NCBI GenBank assembly: GCA_964016885.1
Contig: OZ024740.1
Location: forward strand, 212,350,001 to 212,414,000
Direction: 5' to 3'
DNA length: 64,000 nt
From: Eledone cirrhosa
Taxonomy: Eukaryota
A program made the translations under genes and the position numbers. Position 1 is the stretch's first letter. The number at the start of each line of letters is the position of its first letter. The notes under the pieces are model-generated. The model ran no database searches. It was not told where the DNA came from and saw nothing but the letters and a program-made list of their open reading frames with translations. This document shows, one piece after another, positions 60,935-64,000 of this stretch.

Positions 60935-63645
60935 AGACGTGTGTAACTTCGCGGAGAAGTTTCCGTTAATTTATGTAAGAAAAAAACGTGAGTTTTTAGT
61001 TAAATTTTATATCATTGTGTAACTTGACCACCCGTCTGAACCTTCAGGTGGTGGGTCAACTCATTTTCGCCCCTATAGGGGCGGAATATCCATTTAAAAA
61101 ATTTTTCTCCATCGAATCTTTGAAAAAATATTGTAAAATTTTGATTACGTTATGAACGCTGCGTGCAACGATAATGGTGGTGGAGAGGCGGTAAGACTAC
61201 AACGCTCGCAGTCAACAACTTCTTCTTCACTAGATACTATAGAGATGGAAAGACAGAATGAAAATGTAAAAACTAATTCATATTCAAACAACACAAATGA
61301 CACCAAACAGTTCAATGACAACAAAAATAACAGCAACACCAATAATGATGATAAAAGCAACAATGATAACAACAACAATAACAACAATAATGACAACACC
61401 ACCAATACGGATTCCACAAAGAAACCAAAAATCTGCTTTGCAGAGAAAGTTCAAAAGAAGGAGAATTGATATATCTCGACATAACAAAAGCTGAACAACT
61501 TTTAAAGGACGCTAAGAGATATGTCACTTTCGAAAAAAATGGTGCTTTCAGCATCAATTCTCCGGTAGAAATTCGCAAGGAAACTGCTCTCAAAACGATA
61601 GTTTTTAGGACAGTTTCCAATTCTACCCGAAAACCAGCCAATTGTCACAGAAAGAAATTGAACTGGTTTTCAAAAATTCAATGAATGATATTGCATTCAT
61701 TCAAAGAAGCAAACTTTTTGGGAGTATTTCGGTACTGATGAAGGATCAATTGACGGCCCAAAATTACTCTGTGTCGCCAATTGTATCCAACCTGTACACT
61801 TTTTTCCCTACATACATGGGAAAAAGGACACAAAAGATCAGAATCACAAGTGTCACACCAAAGGTGAACATATGGTGGATACTGTGCGGCTTCATCAATT
61901 TTGATGAAGACAGAATACTGTCAGTAGGAAAGTCCCCCAGAGATGTATTCAATGGGACTAGCATTGAAGTTCTGGTGCAAATGAGCCCGGAGCAAATAGC
62001 TATGATCGCACAGCGTGTACTCCTGGACGGACTCACCTACATAAACTTTTCGGTTGAGGATAGGCGGCCTTCATGTTACCATTGGTTTAGCAGGGGTCAC
62101 CTGAGGGCTTCCTGTCCTAAATTAATGAACCAAAAAAAGGCTCTTATGCCGACACCCATCAAAACAACACAACCACCAACACCACCACAACAACAACACC
62201 AACACACAAAAATAACCACAACAAACACAGTCTCACCCAACCCCACTCCACCTAAAACCACTGCAAAATCACATACAGACACAACAGCTCCCCAATCACA
62301 CAGACGATACAACAGATGAGGCTATCTCGCCATCACCCAGTGAAGACGAGGGAGAATCGCATCGCTCGAAAAGAAAGAAAAGACATCACAAAAGCAAAAA
62401 ACCAGCAAACACTACCACAAACATACAACCACCAACAGAAACAACAAAAACATCACAAACAAAACCCCCACCTCCTGAAAACAAAATACCTACAACAAAA
62501 CGAAAGCACACACAAGAACTACAGACAAAAATTAACACAACACAAGAAAATTACACTTACACTTACATAAACACTGAAAACAAAACACTAATGGAGACCA
62601 TCACGAACGACCCTTCGGCTTTCACCGAAGGGAAAACTTTCGCCCACTCTATTAAAAATAGCAAAAAACTGAACCTAAAACTGATTAGGGTCCCTATATA
62701 AACTTATAGGTCCCTAAAAGAAACATTTGAGAAGGATGTGGGGAATTCCTGCGTGAAACCACTCAACCGCGTCCTTCTCAAATGTCTCCCCACCCCAGAC
62801 ACCCCCATCCCACCAGACCCCACCCCACCAAACATCTGCGTCCCCACCCCGCCGGAAACCACCACCCATCCAGACAACCCCTCCAACACCCCCATGGAAA
62901 TCGTGCGGCCTGGTCCCCAGGAGACGAGGGGTGAGTGATCTCTTTTCCTCTTTTAACTTTTCAGCACCAACATGGCCAATATAAGAATTGGATGTGTGAA
63001 CGTACGCGGCCTGGGGATGACCTGGAAACAGGGCAAACTCTTAAACGACCTCAGGTCGCACAGTATGGATGTGGTAGCCATTTGCGAGTCCAGGATCCAC
63101 GGTGAAGGACAGCTGGCCCCATCTTCGATGACTTTGAGATCTACGCATCTCTCTGTCAACCGGCGGTGGGGGCGGAGTTGCCGTTTTGCTGCGGAAACAC
63201 CTGGGCCTCGTAACACAGACGGTACATATGGACCCGGAGGGTCGACTGGTGGTCCTAGATGTTGACGGTAGTGAAGGTGGAGCCTTCAGGCTGGTGGCTG
63301 CATATGCCCCATCCGGGACACCGCGGCCAGACTTCTTCAAACGTCTAGAGACTTTTCTGGGAACGTCTCGGACCCTCGGGCCTTCTCTCTATATCAGCCT
63401 GTAGGTTGAGGAAAAGGAGGAGGAGAGGAAAGGAGTACAAACGCTTCGTACTCCTGGAGATGAGGGTTGCACATTTTTTTTCGGGGGTATGTGTTACTCA
63501 TATAAACTGTCTCCCTCTATTGGGGAAAATCGACTAACTTTTTAAATTCCATTTGTGATAACATTTTACACGTTTTTATTGTATCTAAACTTCCCCCTTT
63601 ATATTTGTCTCCTTCTTTTGTGCCCCTGTGGCTAATAAAAAAATA
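60935..63645 (+). mobile_element. Tx1 subfamily C copy 3, same ORF2 deletion as C2
   Basis: Near-identical to C2, including the junction gggaacgtc-tcggaccctc-gggccttctc. Confidence 0.95.
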
Positions 63646-63653
63646 TATCTATC

Positions 63654-64000
63654 AGACGTGTGTAACTTCGCGGAGAAGTTTCCGTTAATTTATGTAAGAA
63701 AAAAACGTAAGTTTTTAGTTAAATTTTATATCATTGTGTAACTCGACCCCCCGTCGGGACCTTCAGGTGGTGGGTCAACTCATTTTCGCCCCTACAGGGG
63801 CGGAATATCCATTTGAAATATTTTTTCTCCATCGAATCTTGGAAAAAAATATTGTAAAATTTTGATTACGTTATGAACGCTGCGTCCAACGATAATGGTG
63901 GTGGAGAGGCGGTAAGACTACAAAGCTCGCAGTCAACAACGTCTTCTTCACTAGATACTATAGAGATGGAAAGACGAAATGAAAATGTAAAAACGAATTC
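63654..64000 (+). mobile_element. Tx1 subfamily C copy 4, 5' end (runs off the window)
   Basis: agacgtgtgtaacttcgcggag 5' end and ORF1 start atgaacgctgcgtccaacgat. Confidence 0.92.

Noticed and set aside
31580-64000. Drosophila-like telomeric retrotransposon array next to a subtelomeric satellite
   Set aside because: Terminal addition would point element 5' ends toward the chromosome end. Here they face the satellite and interior-like sequence, and no telomeric repeat or poly(A) junction is seen.

Overview
Eukaryotic, gene-free, repeat-saturated DNA. The tRNA-derived SINEs resemble those I associate with octopod cephalopods, which is an inference. No host protein-coding gene is supported. 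1-24 kb holds decayed transposons: MITEs, SINEs, three Penelope-like fragments, a hAT with a nested mariner, a Helitron and an RTE. 24.7-28.6 kb is a dense cluster of non-coding Penelope/retrozyme-like repeats with five type I hammerhead ribozyme motifs. 31.6-35.6 kb is a ~0.98-kb satellite. 35.6-64 kb is a unidirectional head-to-tail array of seven Tx1/L1-clade non-LTR retrotransposons in three subfamilies (A, B, C), each joined by (TATC)n; one copy (B1) is fully intact. Main discovery candidate: in all three subfamilies a GTRRGT splice donor sits at the ORF1 stop and a pyrimidine tract/AG acceptor coincides with the ORF2 stop. Splicing out all of ORF2 as one intron regenerates an in-frame ORF1 stop in every case, with a compensatory 1-nt shift in subfamily C. 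This points to a splicing switch for ORF1-only mRNA in a (TATC)n-associated LINE.
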